A stretch of DNA of 64,000 nt from the NCBI GenBank assembly GCA_001655205.1, contig LPNZ01010610.1:1-64000 (forward strand), in the 5' to 3' direction. The position numbers and the translations under genes are program-made. The DNA is from Lenisia limosa. Lineage: Eukaryota; Protista; Breviatea. Below are positions 26,334-39,651 of this stretch, piece by piece. Below the pieces are notes generated by a model. The model saw only the letters and a list, made by a program, of their open reading frames with translations, was not told the DNA's origin and did no database searches. Positions within the stretch are counted from its first letter, which is position 1; each line of letters begins with the position of its first letter.

Positions 26334-27279
26334 CCCCCGCGCTTCGCCTCCGCGTCTGTCTGCGACACTCTCCAGTCAAACCATATGTATATCTCACACC
26401 CCGTCCCCGTGGAGGANNNNNNNNNNNNNNNNNNNNNNNNNNNNNNNNNNNNNNNCGCCAGTCCGGAGGACTCTTTTTGTTTTTTCCGTCTTTTGTTTCC
26501 CCCTTTTGCCCTTCTTTTATTTTCTTCCAGGAAATGGGCCAAAATCAATTTGTAATTTGTGTTAGGAATTTTTCAATTTAATGGATTACAATTGGATTAT
26601 CAATAAATGGCACCTATTAAATTCACAAATTCAAGCCATATTTCTCAGGAATTGTTTAAAGTCCAGAGAGTTGTATGTCAAAATTTGTCACAATTTTTAC
26701 AATACACTAAAAAATAAAGGACAAAAAATACTAGTAGGAGGAGTTGTATATAAATAATAAATAATATTCCCAGGAAGTCAGGAGCAAGCCGGGGGTTCCG
26801 ACACATTGGGGATGACAAAAATACAATATAAGTTTACCTGGGAGTATGACCATGTTCTAGAATGGTACACCGCTCACTGCCACTCAAAATGACCTGTACA
26901 TCGTAATGCTCCTCACTTAACTACTTGTCCGATAAATAAGAAGACCCACACAAGAACAAGAGAACTGTGTGTAAGGTAAGGAGGGAAGGCACAGCCTCCT
27001 CAGGCACAAGGGTAACCCCGAAATAGAACCGGTTGACTTTTACAACAACAGAGATACAGAGTTATCATTGGAATATTGGAACCGTTGAACTGAATAATAA
27101 TACATCAAAGGAGAAAAGGAGTGAAACAAATATCGAAATAATAATCGTGTCATATATGATATGACTCAAAAAAAAAAACCGGAATAGAAAATACAAAAAA
27201 AAAAACAANNNNNNNNNNNNNNNNNNNNNNNNNNNNNNNNNNNNNNNNNNNNNNNNNNNNNNNNNNNNNNNNNNNNNNC

Positions 27280-30200
27280 ATCGCGTTCCAGGTCAAGATC
27301 ATCCTCATTCGGTGCCAAAATCGGGTCTTTCTCAAGCTCACGCTCCAGAGCCAGTAGCCCGGCATCGGATTCCGTTTCAGTTGTGAAATCATCAACAACA
27401 ATCTGGGGGCGGGGGGTAAAAGGAGAAATGAAAGCATTGTATTTCATCAACTCTCTTGGCAAATAGAAGAGGTGATCTTAACATGAGAACCTCTTCACAT
27501 CACCCACGTCGGAATCCATGGAGTCGATATCCTGGTCCTGAGTTCTATACACTGATGAGCTCGCCGACATTGATGACGTCATGGTTGACGACTCCAGTGC
27601 TATAGAACCAGAGGCACTGTCAAAGTCCTCCGTACTCTGGGAGGGGAGGGGGGAGTAAAATGGGAAAATTTATGAAACAAAAAAAAAGCCGAATCAACTC
27701 TGTTGGTTGACAACACACGAGGGTTAAGAACAACAAAACAAAAAATAGCCCAGGCCAGTCGTTTCTGCAGCACAGCATCGAGGGAGGGTAACAGCAGGCT
27801 GACTAATGAAAAACATAACTGGCGAAATACTGAGTGAACAAGGCCATCACTACAGCCATCCAAGTGTGCTTGAGATAAACTGAGCAATGAGCCTGGCGCC
27901 CATCTCCCCACCTGGATGTTGTCAAGGTCTTCCTCCAGAGGAACTGCCTTGCCCGAAGTAGTCGCTTCAATGTAAACAATGAGAGCGATAAACAGAATGT
28001 TGCCACAAAGCAGCACCAGAACCACCACTGTCCAAAGGTCACGATAGTGGGTGCTCACAGCTTTCTGATAGGGTGAGTGGCATGGATACTATTTCTTGTC
28101 ACATCACCATACATCTGGGCCTAGAACACCCCCCCCCCCNNNNNNNNNNNNNNNNNNNNNNNNNNNNNNNNNNNNNNNNNNNNNNNNNNNNNNNNNNNNN
28201 NNNNNNNNGTCCCATTGAATCCAGGGTAGTAAGCCGAGGCGACAGGTACGGTCGGAACCGCTCGTTAGCGAAGAGAGAACAACTCAGGAATCCGAGACAG
28301 AGGGCCACCTGGAGAGGGGGGTTAGTCCAACTCCCATTCGAGTTTATCAGGGTAAAAGAGACACGTAGTGAGGGCCCCGGTGATTTGGTAGTGCCAAATT
28401 GCATTTGGAAGATAACAAAGCTGGCCCCAACCTGAGTAGACGGGTTGTTGATGATCAACAAGGCTATAACCACTGCAAGAAGTCTCAGCAGCACCACCGC
28501 TTCCCACATCGCCGTCTCGTCCTTATAACGACTATGCAAGAATCCCGTCCTGGTGAGAGGTGAGAGAAATCGAACAAAAAAGATCAAATGGAGAGATGAG
28601 GGGACAATAAAATAGAAAGTACCATCAGGGTAGAGTTATTGATTATAATATACCAATTCACCCAATCATTTGCCTCTAAATCTTCACACAGCTTTCTATT
28701 TGTCGCCCCATTATAATGACAGTCTAAGTGGAGGCTAATCGTAGCGCTTTTACTCAAAAATAGATGATCAATAACACGAATTTGCTCACCACCTAAGCCA
28801 ATCCACCTCCTCACTTGGCGAACCACCTTAGCCAATCCACCTCCTCACTTGGCGAACACCCGCGGGCGATAAAGCTTCTCCCTTCTCATGATGATGAAGA
28901 AGGCCACTGCCGCAGGGATGAGGATTACGTAAGCAACCACGCCGAGAAGAACGTATATCAAGAAGGCCTTGTGGTCGGATTCAAAACAAGTCACCGACGG
29001 GTCTGTGGGGGGGGGGGGGGNNNNNNNNNNNNNNNNNNNNNNNNNNNNNNNNNNNNNNNNNNNNNNNNNNNNNNNNNNNNNNNNNNNNNNNNNNNNNNNN
29101 NNNNNNNNNNNNNNNNNNNNNNNNNNNNNNNNNNNNNNNNNNNNNNNNNNNNNACTCGAGGACAAACCACGAGATGGGAATATATAGCATTACCATAAGG
29201 AGAAAGAATGACCGAATTGCTGCGTGTTTCATGGCCTTGTGGGCTGGGACCTGAGGGGGAGTAAATCTGGAGTATTTATGAAACAAAACAATCGACTCTG
29301 TTGGCCAAGCACTTCGAAACACACTTGGGGTTAGTATTATTGTTGTATTGTTTTTTGTAATATTTGAGTATTTAACTCTCTTCACCTACGTCAGACTGGG
29401 CAGCTACGATTTTGCCGGACTTTGTCAAATACAGGCCGATGGCAAAGCAGATGAGAATGACCACCAGGATAGCAATAGGGATGAGGAGTTTCAGAGTCAT
29501 AATAGTGAAGTATCCGAGCTGGACAAGATGAGTTCGACCAAAATAATTATAAACTCAAATATACTTATCAAATGATAAGTCAAAGAGATTCTATTTGATG
29601 ACGGAGCAATTAATGCAAAGGATGCTTTAGAGGCTATTCGTGAAATACAGGTGTTTTATGTGAATTATTGTCGGGGTATGATGCTGTTGAGAAATCTTGA
29701 AATTACCCACCTTTTGTGCAAGTGAGCACTCGGGAGCTGCAACCTATAGAGTTATTAGGAATAGATATAAAAAAAGACTTCAACACATCACTTGCAGAAA
29801 AAAACAAGACATTATTCACACACGAAGTCTAGTCATTCCCACCTCGATGTTGAGAGTGAAGGAAGAGAAGACGTTGAGTACAGCGTCAACCTCAGGCGGC
29901 CAATTGATAGAAAACTGCCCATACAGGCCGGTCACCTGGATTTGCATATTATGCGACAGAAATACATATAGCTGCTATATATATTATCATCATATCATAT
30001 CTTAGAAAACAACTGAAACTAGAGGTAAATGGGAGGAGAACGATGCTTTGTGGAGTATAAAAAACACTATGATGAGGCTCATTTCACCAAACCTGAATGA
30101 AAGCGACCAGGATCCTGAGGGCCGCCCATCTAGCGTTGTGTTTCGGGCGGTAAGACATTACAAACACCACCGACACAGTCAGGACAAATGCTATGACCAC

Positions 30201-33200
30201 CAAAGGGAGTATGAACCTGGAACAAAGATGAGAGAAAAGATGAGGGTAAGACATGAAGACCACCTCAGTCACACCCTCCTACTTGTCATTCTCTGAACAC
30301 TTCTTGCAGGAGTTATCCCGCTTGTACCATCCAGCTTGACAGAGGGCACACAAATTGCCTTCATAGCCGTCCTCGCATGTCCCTCCTAAAACAATTATTT
30401 TGCTATGGATAGAATGAAGAATGTCAAAGTGCCAGGAAAGCATACCCAAAACACAGGCTTCTTCAATAGGACACTGAATGAAGGATGATCCGTCCACACT
30501 TCTGTAGTAGCCCGGAGCAGGAATAGGCGCTGCAAGATCAGAAAATGAACAGGACTGTTGAGAGTTTCAATTCTAAACACAGCCCCCCCCCCCCCCNNNN
30601 NNNNNNNNNNNNNNNNNNNNNNNNNNNNNNNNNNNNNNNNNNNNNNNNNNNNNNNNNNNNNNNNNNNNNNNNNGGTAGAAGCCGGTAAGACACACGCAGT
30701 CTTGCGCGGCAGTGGCGCCAACAAAGAGCGTTTCTGTGTTCTCCGGACAGGAGCTACATGTACCCAGGTTGGAGGTATCGCTGAGAGGAAAAGTGAATGA
30801 TTGAAAACAAAAAAATTACAACCAGTGATCATAACCAAAGTAAATGTTGTTATGGGGTCAACAAGTTAATTTACGAGTATGATTGATCCCAGCCCCTTCA
30901 ATAATTTCTTTGCCCCCTCCCCACGAGAAGGTATTCGAGGAGCACAGCACGCATTCTTCGCTGTCGAGAACGAACTCGCTTCCCTTGGGGCATTTACAGT
31001 CGCGGCTGGAGGGGACGGCTACCATGCCAGGCCGGCAGATGCAGGAGGCAGTGGAGGGACAGCCAGCAAATCCTGGGAGTGAAAAGCGAAGGCAACAAGG
31101 GCGTGTGAAGGCCCTATTATGAATGATATAATATATTAGGAATGATAGTATATGTAGAGTGAACGGGATAAGTCTTGACCGATTTTCCTAGGGAAATCAT
31201 AGAGCAAATCAGTCAAGACTTATCCCAGTTACTGTACATAGCAGCATCATTTTGCCCAGGACGCACCGGTGAGACGGTAGAGGCCCTCGCAAGGAGTGCA
31301 CTCAGTGGAGTCCAGTTCAGAAGAGTACGTGTTGATGGGACATTGTACACATACGCCGGAGTCAACCTGGGGGTTAGAAGAAACAATATGGAGAAGGACC
31401 TACTCTGGAGCCAGGACCACAGCGACATTGTGTGCCATTCAGAACTGAATTGGCAAGTTCCACTGAACAAGGTGCAGCCTTAATGGCACTGGCCTGACAG
31501 TGTTAGACCAACATGTCCATGAGTGGTAAACCCAAACTTACATAGGTCATGGCTCCAAAGTCTCCTGTGGCGGTAATCTGAAAGGTTTAACCATATTAAA
31601 AGCCAATATTGAACTACCACATGCCCTTTTACGGCAGCATTCTTCTGATTATTCCATAAGTACATTAAAAAAGGTAGTGATAACGCAAAAAGAAAATACC
31701 AAATCTAAGCAAGACATACCGTGTATGATACGTTGCCTTGATGAGCTGATAAAATAAGGTTGTCAAAAGTGGCATCCCCACTATCATCAGAAATGGCGAT
31801 GTTGCCGGAAATGCCTGAAGAGATAAATTATTAGTATTTGTTGTTTGAAACAATATATTATAAGCTGAAATTGGCGTCGAGCAAGAGAGAACGAGCCTCA
31901 GTCTAGCACACTACTTGATCAATATATTCCCACTCAGACTTGACTCCAAGAATCATTGTTTTTTTAAAAACTACCCTTCCCCACCATCAACGGTTCAACC
32001 CTTCCCCACCATCAACGGTTCAACAGTGAAAGTGACAACGGTATTCCTCCCACCATGATCTGGTTCAACAGTGATAGTGACAACGGTATCAGGAATAATG
32101 CTGAAGCCACCCTCAATTTCGTTGAATGTCTGAAGGGGTCAGAAGCAACCCAGTAGTTGATAACAGTCAAAAACAAGCAATATATATAATTATATACCAT
32201 ATATGCATATATATATAATGTAATATTATACCACGAATCTAATTAAAAGTTAATTCGCAAAAGATAACTTTGAAAAACGCAATCAGGAGACCGCAACCTA
32301 CGAAGACAGTAATGGTGGGCATGACTTTTCCTGACACAATGTGTTCCGGTGGAGTGGAGGTAAATGACGCTTGGACTTGCCAGTTGATTGGGATTGCCAC
32401 CGATAGTGGACTATATGCGAGCTGTTGATCATGATTGATGCCATCCATGGTAGAAAATATATCATATCAAATAAGTATGATATAGTAGTATGTATATTAT
32501 ATAATTATATATATCATATGTATCATATACTATACTATATTACATGTGTTTACAATCAATATGCAGATATGTATGTATACTTGTATAATATCAATTTGAA
32601 TTAATAAAACAGTACCCCCCCACATACATCAATTACAAGATCATTGGTTCCTATGAATAGTTCTACTGGCTCTAGGAAATCACATATCACTTGATCAAAG
32701 TATATGGTTGTAACAGCAGTTTGGCTATTAGCTTCACAGACGATGGGAGCGGAGGTGCAGAATGTGCCCTGAAATGTCAGTAAGGCAGGGCAACAGTTTG
32801 TTTGTTTGACCACTCGAATAGAAATAGCTGGCCTTGTCCATCATACAAAAATCCCGAACGTTAACACTCTCCCAAAAAATAGGAATTATCAGAGCCATAT
32901 GTGTCTGTAGTGAGGAGAACTCCCTTTATGCGAGTAATCCATCATACAAAGAGCGTGAACTGCGACGGAACGTTTTCGGGATCAATAGAGTTGGGAGCAG
33001 AGCCCGTAATCTCCATGTTGTTGATTCCGGTAATGAGCAATGATTCTCCTTTGACTGCGTTACGAGGCGCAATGTTCGCTGATACTTTACCTTAAGCTGT
33101 CACAGAACAAGAACCCCAACAACACTGCGGCCGAGAACAAGAACCCTGGCCCACATCCATTGTATTCGTATTCTGCGATATTGAACACACAGGCAGGTTC

Positions 33201-36200
33201 CATACAGGCTTGGGTGAGTGTCAACGGAGGGAACCCCTCCTCAAGGTCGCTTAAACTATTTTGATAAGAAAGGCTAGATCCAAGATTATCACAATATCTT
33301 GTAATACGGAATACAAATCATTTTGACATCATAATGTAAAAAGCAAAACACCAAGGTGTAGGCCAACATAAGTTCGTAGTTCCCAAAGGTCGAAATGCCG
33401 AAAGCCAGCTCTTGACCATGCTTTACGTCTAATAGCTCAGTTAAGAGCACAGCTGGCTCGTATGTCTGAGTGCATAAGAATCAGCAGTCAATATTGTAGT
33501 TTGAATCCAAACAAGGTAACTCCCCTCTTCCTTGCACACATTGACGGATGTGGAAACATCGTAAATAATACCGGAGTCCCAGGCAAAGAGGTCGTACTGT
33601 TTGTTGATGCCTGTCGTGTGATCTGCTGTGTAGTAGGAAGTACCGGTCTATAGGGGTTATGGGTCTGGCGCCATTCGTAAAAAAGAATAAATGTATATAT
33701 CAGATAATTGTGCATATTATTTCGTTTTGTTTTTGTTTCAAATGAGCAGTAATATTCCAACTAGAAATAGCGCGGCTAATACCGGATATCAATACAATTG
33801 TCAGATCACATCATAAAACCGCATCAGAAAGAGAGGTAATTCGAGGTTTCAAACGAACTTTAAAAAGTTTGAGGTGGAACTCTGGAACTTGAGTTATCGG
33901 GTCGAAAAACATCAAGTAAACGATAGACGAGAGCTCGTTGTCAACTGCTGGGTAAAATATCACTACCTTGAGAGGGGACAGAGCAGTTTTCACTAGTCCA
34001 TATTATGTATCATATATTATATAAGCATATGCATACTATATGATAAAATATGTAATATATGCATCATATACATATCATATGTATATGCTCAAGGTCCAAA
34101 ATTATGACGTTAATTCGAATTAATGTCGTTAATTATTTACGATCGCCAAATCAGCAATTCCCCTTCAAAACAGTAAAATATTTCTGAGATATACACACTT
34201 TATTCGTTGATGAAGGGAAACAAAGAAAAAAAAATAACCTTTCAAAATTATTTTTTTGTAAGTCAGCACTTAATCGTGGAAATTTAATTTTTTAGCACCA
34301 CGCTCGCGCAATTATGTTTCAGTTTGTGCTCGCATTTTCCTCATATTTTCTTTTTTTACGAGTTAAATTGTTGTGAAGTTGAGCGTAACATGAAAAAGAG
34401 ACAGTCACAGAAAAATGAATTAACGACATAGTTTAGGATCTCGAGCAAATATGATTATGTTTTATTGAAAAGATGCCCCCCCCCCCCCACTATTCAACTC
34501 AATTTGAANNNNNNNNNNNNNNNNNNNNNNNNNNNNNNNNNNNNNNNNNNNNNNNNNNNNNNNNNNNNNNNNNNNNNNNNNNNNNNNNNNNNNNNACGGT
34601 AAGGTGCGTCATTTGTCTTGATGATGAGCCCTTGCCCAATTCCCTGGGTCAAGAGATCACGAGGAACAAAAATAATGTGAGACAAAGATGAAAAGTTGCG
34701 AATTCGGATTTGTTGACTTACGAATGTCAACCTTCTTTCAAATAATAAATTTCATGTGATACTACTTTAACCAATTGAATAATACAGAAGACCAAGCAAT
34801 AAGCCTCAATATGCCTACCACAACAGAGTACATATCCAGGCTCTGCCTCGTTGTTCGCCACCACCCGTTTCCGTAGTACTCCGCATCGGTACCGTACGGA
34901 ACTACTTTGAAGTAGAGGTAACCAAATGCTGGAGGAGTTAGGAATAGTCTGGTTAAATCTGGTTGGTATTTTATTGACTGAATTGTGAAAAGAGACTCAA
35001 AACGGATGTTTTGGCGAACTTTAAGGTAATACTATATTGGGTGAAGCTCAAAGAAGCGTCATCACGAAGGGCCACTCACAGTCTAGGATCACAGCCTCCT
35101 CCACGTTGTCAAAGTCGATGGAGATTGGAAGGCCCCGTGTGATGGGCGGATTGTAACTGAACCAGTCCCAATAACGCGGTGCACTGCCAAGTTCGAAAGT
35201 AGTGTACTGTTTTGGTGAATCTGTTTTTTTTTTAAACTGAATTTAAAGTTCAAAGTTCAACATAACTTGAGAAATATCAAACAAAGCTCGAAGCCTACTT
35301 CTTGAGATGGGTTCATACTTCCCATATCTTCTTCTTCATGTGAAATCACAAAATTACCTGAAAGAGTAATCTATGTGAGATCGCCAATTCATATCAATTG
35401 AAATAAGCCTACCATCCAAGGTGGTGATGCAGTCGTATGAGCAATATCGTGGAGGTGTTGCGGCATTGTAGCTAACAGTTGTTCCAGACATCTTTACTAC
35501 CTTACGGTTGTCGGTAACTATGATGTCAAGGTATGATAAGGCAAAGGAGTGGAATGCAGCTGAGGTTGTATGATTGTATTTCATATTATTACCCAGCAAA
35601 CCCGAAAGGTACACCAAAGGGGTGTAGTAGCCAGTCGGGCTGAAAAGATCGTGTCCGGATATCGACACTCCATTCGACCAAATTGTTCCGATGCCGGTGA
35701 TGTAAGCTGCACCCTTGTTGGCCCAGGCAAACTTGTTGGCTATGGAATAGTCCTTCTCACTCTAAATGCATAAGTACAACTGGGAAGTTTCAGCTATCCC
35801 TTCTGCATTTATTACCCTTAAGAAGATGCTTAAAATATTCCGGTTTGTGATATGAAGAAAACCTTCCAGCGCAGCCCCACTGGAAAGGTAGTGTTCCTTG
35901 GGTAGACGGTTGTAACGACAGTTCCTGAGATGAACACATTTGCGGAATCCGAAAGCGGTACGTTGGGTGACTGAATGTCGTATTCCGTGAAGAGACCAAA
36001 CAGGTCCTGTGAAATTAATACTCCAAATGAACACAAAATCTGGGGCCTACATTAACATGTGATGCCTGAACCATTTCGTAATAGCCTAAGGTAGTGAGTG
36101 AGGCGTCGTAACAGAAAACAGAGAATATTGCCACCAACCTTCATTGCGGGTGTAAAACAAGTCTCTCCCATGTCCGCTGACTGTACTTAAAGGGCTCTGA

Positions 36201-39200
36201 AAATGTAAAACAAAAACAAAATAGGACCAAAACAAGCTTTATTTTGCCCTCAAAACCACTCCAAATCAAGCTTTATTTGGCCCCAAAACCACTCCATTAA
36301 TAAGTGAGTGCCTCAACCCAAAATAATAACCACACCAAATCAAATGATTATCTACCATACCAAAGGCCGGTCTGTCGCGTTATAGTACTCATTGCTTCCC
36401 GAGCCGAAGAGCTCTTTACCAACACTGACAATGTACAGTTGGCCTGAGAGACAAAGAAAATAAGAACAAGAACAAGACAATAAATATAAACTTGAGAAAA
36501 TTTAAACAACTCACCTTCGCAATTGAAAACTGGGTAGTAGTGGGAGTTCAAAATAGTACATGAATTAACTAAATTGGTGAGACTTAGTGCTGAAGGTAAA
36601 ACTTGAAACCAGAAAGCGATACATAAATTCAAGGTACATGTCAATATTTTATTGCTAGAGAGAAGTCAACGAATTGCACCCCGATACCTGTCGTCATCTG
36701 GGCATTACTTAGGACTGCATTGGAGATGTCATTACCAACAAACGGCGCATTGTTTGCGTGGACGCCATAGTAGAGGAGTTCTAAATCGTCAGCCATACAT
36801 TGGTATTAATAGTCACTTGAGTGAATATATATGATAATATAGTATAGTGACGTTTTAATCCAGGTAGTCCCTCCTACTCTTCAATCCGGTCCTGTCAAGA
36901 GTCACCATACTTCCGATGTCTAAGCCGGAACCTTGTGTGACCTGGTGCGCATTGACCATTGTGTAACCATCAATATCACCAGTCTGCAAAATCAACCACG
37001 CAAATATTAAACATTCTCTTTATCAAAATACTGACATTGAGGATATAACAGTTTTTGTTGGAAGGGCAGCTTAACCACATAGGTTCTCGACACCAACCCA
37101 CCTCAATTTTAAGTTCATAATTGGTATGAGAAGTGTGAGACCAAATCATTCCTCCTGAATTGTAAGGAATTTGAAGATTTCAATAATACTGTGATTAAAA
37201 AAATCTACTCAAAGCCACTACAAATAGTTGCGACAAAACAGGATATGGAAATAGAAGTGAATCCAATCCAACCATAACCGCGGTGGAAGACCACCTTGCC
37301 GTTTGTAGTCTTTGTCACCGCTTTCGCATCGCATGGCAAGCTGTACTACATTGTCACAACCTCAAGATCGGATTGCAATCAAGCTTGATTCTAGTTTCTA
37401 AAAGTCTTGCAATTATCGGTAGTCATTTGGAAACTTAAAAAATTGACAGTAATGAAGCCAAACTCACGGAAGCAGATTTATCTTGACAAGTCATTTTGAA
37501 CACTGTGCTACTGAAAGTATGTTGGGGCGTTAATCCAGCCCGATAGATACTTCCATCTAAACCATGAGCAACAAATTAACACAACACGACCAACCAGTGT
37601 GAACGAAATAGGACAGGTAATTGTCGCCGTTTTTAATCCGAACAACGTCAAGAAACGCATTCATCACCCCCTGACAAATGAAACACTTTCAGAGGACCTA
37701 GAGTACAAACATCAAATATTATTACGTCACAGGAATGCAACCAACCCACCGCAATCGGCATGGGATAACTGACGTAGTAGTTGAAAGTTCCCACACCCAG
37801 TGACCCATCATAATTCCGGCCCAATGCATACATGCTGTTTGAGTGTCCTAAAATATAAAAACTCAACACGGAGGATGCTTCAACAAAGCTAGTCTGATAT
37901 ATGAGATTACCAACGGTCTGAAATAAAAGACCGGCAAAATTTCAACGATTTTATTGAGAAACTCTGTCTTTTATGGAACGTCACCCATTCCCAATTTAAA
38001 AGGAGCTGTGAATTATTCTGAAACTTTTTGCATTTCCTCAAAACCCCACATTTTTAACCTTTCCCCTCCTCCCAAAGAGCCATACTTAAGAAATAGAACG
38101 TGGAGGGGTCAATGATGATCAGCTTTTTGAGGTTGTCGGGGGCTGTATAAGTGGGAGGAAAGTCGGACATCTCCATGAGGCCTGATGGGCCCTAAATTCT
38201 GAGCGGTGCCTTCATTCAAGTCAACATTGCGGTTATCAGCCACCACAAACTTCAGCATAAAAAGGCGATTCACTGTCGGTGGTGGTACCGAAGGTGTACA
38301 TTTTACCTGGATAACAAAATGAGATGACTCATGTGGCATGCAACAAACAGCCAGCCTATACCTACCACTAGAGCATCCGAACACAACCAGGCCATTCTGA
38401 AGGAACATTGACGTCATTGAACATGATCCCGGCACGGGGACCTCCATCTGATTTACGCCCATTGAAGGCGGTCGTGTGGCCGCGGAAGTGATACTTGTCA
38501 GCCACCCAGGGAGGGCTAAAAGGCGTCATAATCCTGAATTGGAGGGTACATATCTGATAAAAGAGATGATAAGCCTCCTCCAAATCTTCAGAACTAAACG
38601 GAGAACAGTTCCACCAAGAAACTCACAGTCGATTTCATCGGCATAGTAGCGAATTGTGATGGAATTTCCGTCTAAAATGTGACTAATTTAAAATACAGTA
38701 GATATATGATTGCTAGGAGCGCTACATCCCAATAAATAAACGGAACAATCAAGAGTGATTGGTTGTCTGAAGCCAAACCATATCATATGTATATGTCAAA
38801 TCAAGCAAACCAGAAGTCACCATGAAGAATTCGGATGACACAGACAGCTGCGAATCTGGTACAAACTCTAAAGGCTAGAAGTGGATAAATAGACCCCAGG
38901 GTAGTCACCTTCAAACAATGCAAAATTTTAGACTATAATAGAGCAAAAATAACTAAATTATATGATTATGTTATATAAATGATGAAGAAGATGAAGGGAT
39001 GTTTCTATAGTTTCTGACGGTAGTTTCAGCATTAGCTTCCCACCTGCAGCATGAACTTGTCATTGTCCTTCGAGGCAGCCATCTCATCTGTTGACCATCT
39101 TCCCGCCAAATTCTTGCCATAAAGATAGGTTCTCTCATAACTCACACCTGAGAATGGTCAGGTTGTCAGTATCCTTCGCCCGAAAACAATTGTGCTTTTT

Positions 39201-39330
39201 AGGGGGGGTATACTTTGGTTCGCACTGAACTAACCTAATGACACGTGTAACACGCTGGTAAAAACATAGATGAGTAGGACTAGGAACACCTTGGAGTGAC
39301 AATTTGCCATGCTATGGTGGGGCAAACCAA
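27280..39330 (-). CDS. Large cell-surface receptor-like protein: RCC1-like repeats, probable IPT/TIG, GCC2_GCC3 Cys-rich repeats, C-terminal multi-pass (about 7-9 TM) module and acidic tail; both ends approximate
   Basis: YALGRNYDGSLGVG (~37820), GKMYTFG (~38300), DGSIYRAG (~37545); NIAPRNAVKGESLLITG (~33060); CVQCPINTYSSELDSTECTPC (~31320), CKCPKGSEFVLDSEECVLCSSNTFS (~30980), CEDGYEGNLCALCQAGWY (~30350); TM segments including FLHSRYKDETAMWEAVVLLRLL. Confidence 0.8.
27637..27706 (-). repeat. Shared intron-3'-end sequence family (introner-like), copy A
   Basis: Sense AACAGAGTTGATTCGGCTTTTTTTTTGTTTCATAAATTTTCCCATTTTACTCCCCC...CAG; 52/56 identical to the copy at 51622. Confidence 0.85.
28788..28857. 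repeat. 34-bp x2 tandem duplication spanning a splice donor
   Basis: accacct(a/t)agccaatccacctcctcacttggcga at 28788 and 28822. Confidence 0.85.
29251..29335 (-). repeat. Shared intron-3'-end sequence family, copy B
   Basis: Sense TAACCCCAAGTGTGTT...CCAACAGAGTCGATTGTTTTGTTTCATAAATACTCCAGATTTACTCCCCCTCAG. Confidence 0.8.
34084..34449. mobile_element. TA-flanked ~366-bp MITE (Tc1/mariner-type), full-length, intronic
   Basis: Ends TATGCTCAAGGTCCAAAATTATGACGTTAATTC and (reverse complement) TTTGCTCGAGATCCTAAACTATGTCGTTAATTC; TA at 34082-83 and 34450-51; no ORF. Confidence 0.82.
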
Positions 39331-39651
39331 CAACCAACATTATCAACAACCTAACTTTTTGTGTTCTTCTTTCTTCTTCCACCCATCTAAAAAACACCGT
39401 TACCGAAACGTCAAATCATCATCAACAAAACAACATTTCAAAATTTATAATCAAAGTTTCTGGGGGTGATATCGTGTTCTCTATCATTTGTGGTTGGCAG
39501 AAGGGCACAGACAGAAGAAAAGGCAGATCAGGGCACAAGCTGGGCAGAGTCAGGTCAAATTTTGGTTTTGGTCAAATTAGCAGAGTAGTAGTAGTAGTAG
39601 AGTGTTTTGTTTCAAGTAGTAAGTTGCAAGCAAGCAAGAAAGAACAACAAA

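Noticed and set aside
11733-39330. Hedgehog-like ligand gene near the Dispatched pair
   Set aside because: No Hint/Hedge motifs were recognised in any neighbouring exon.
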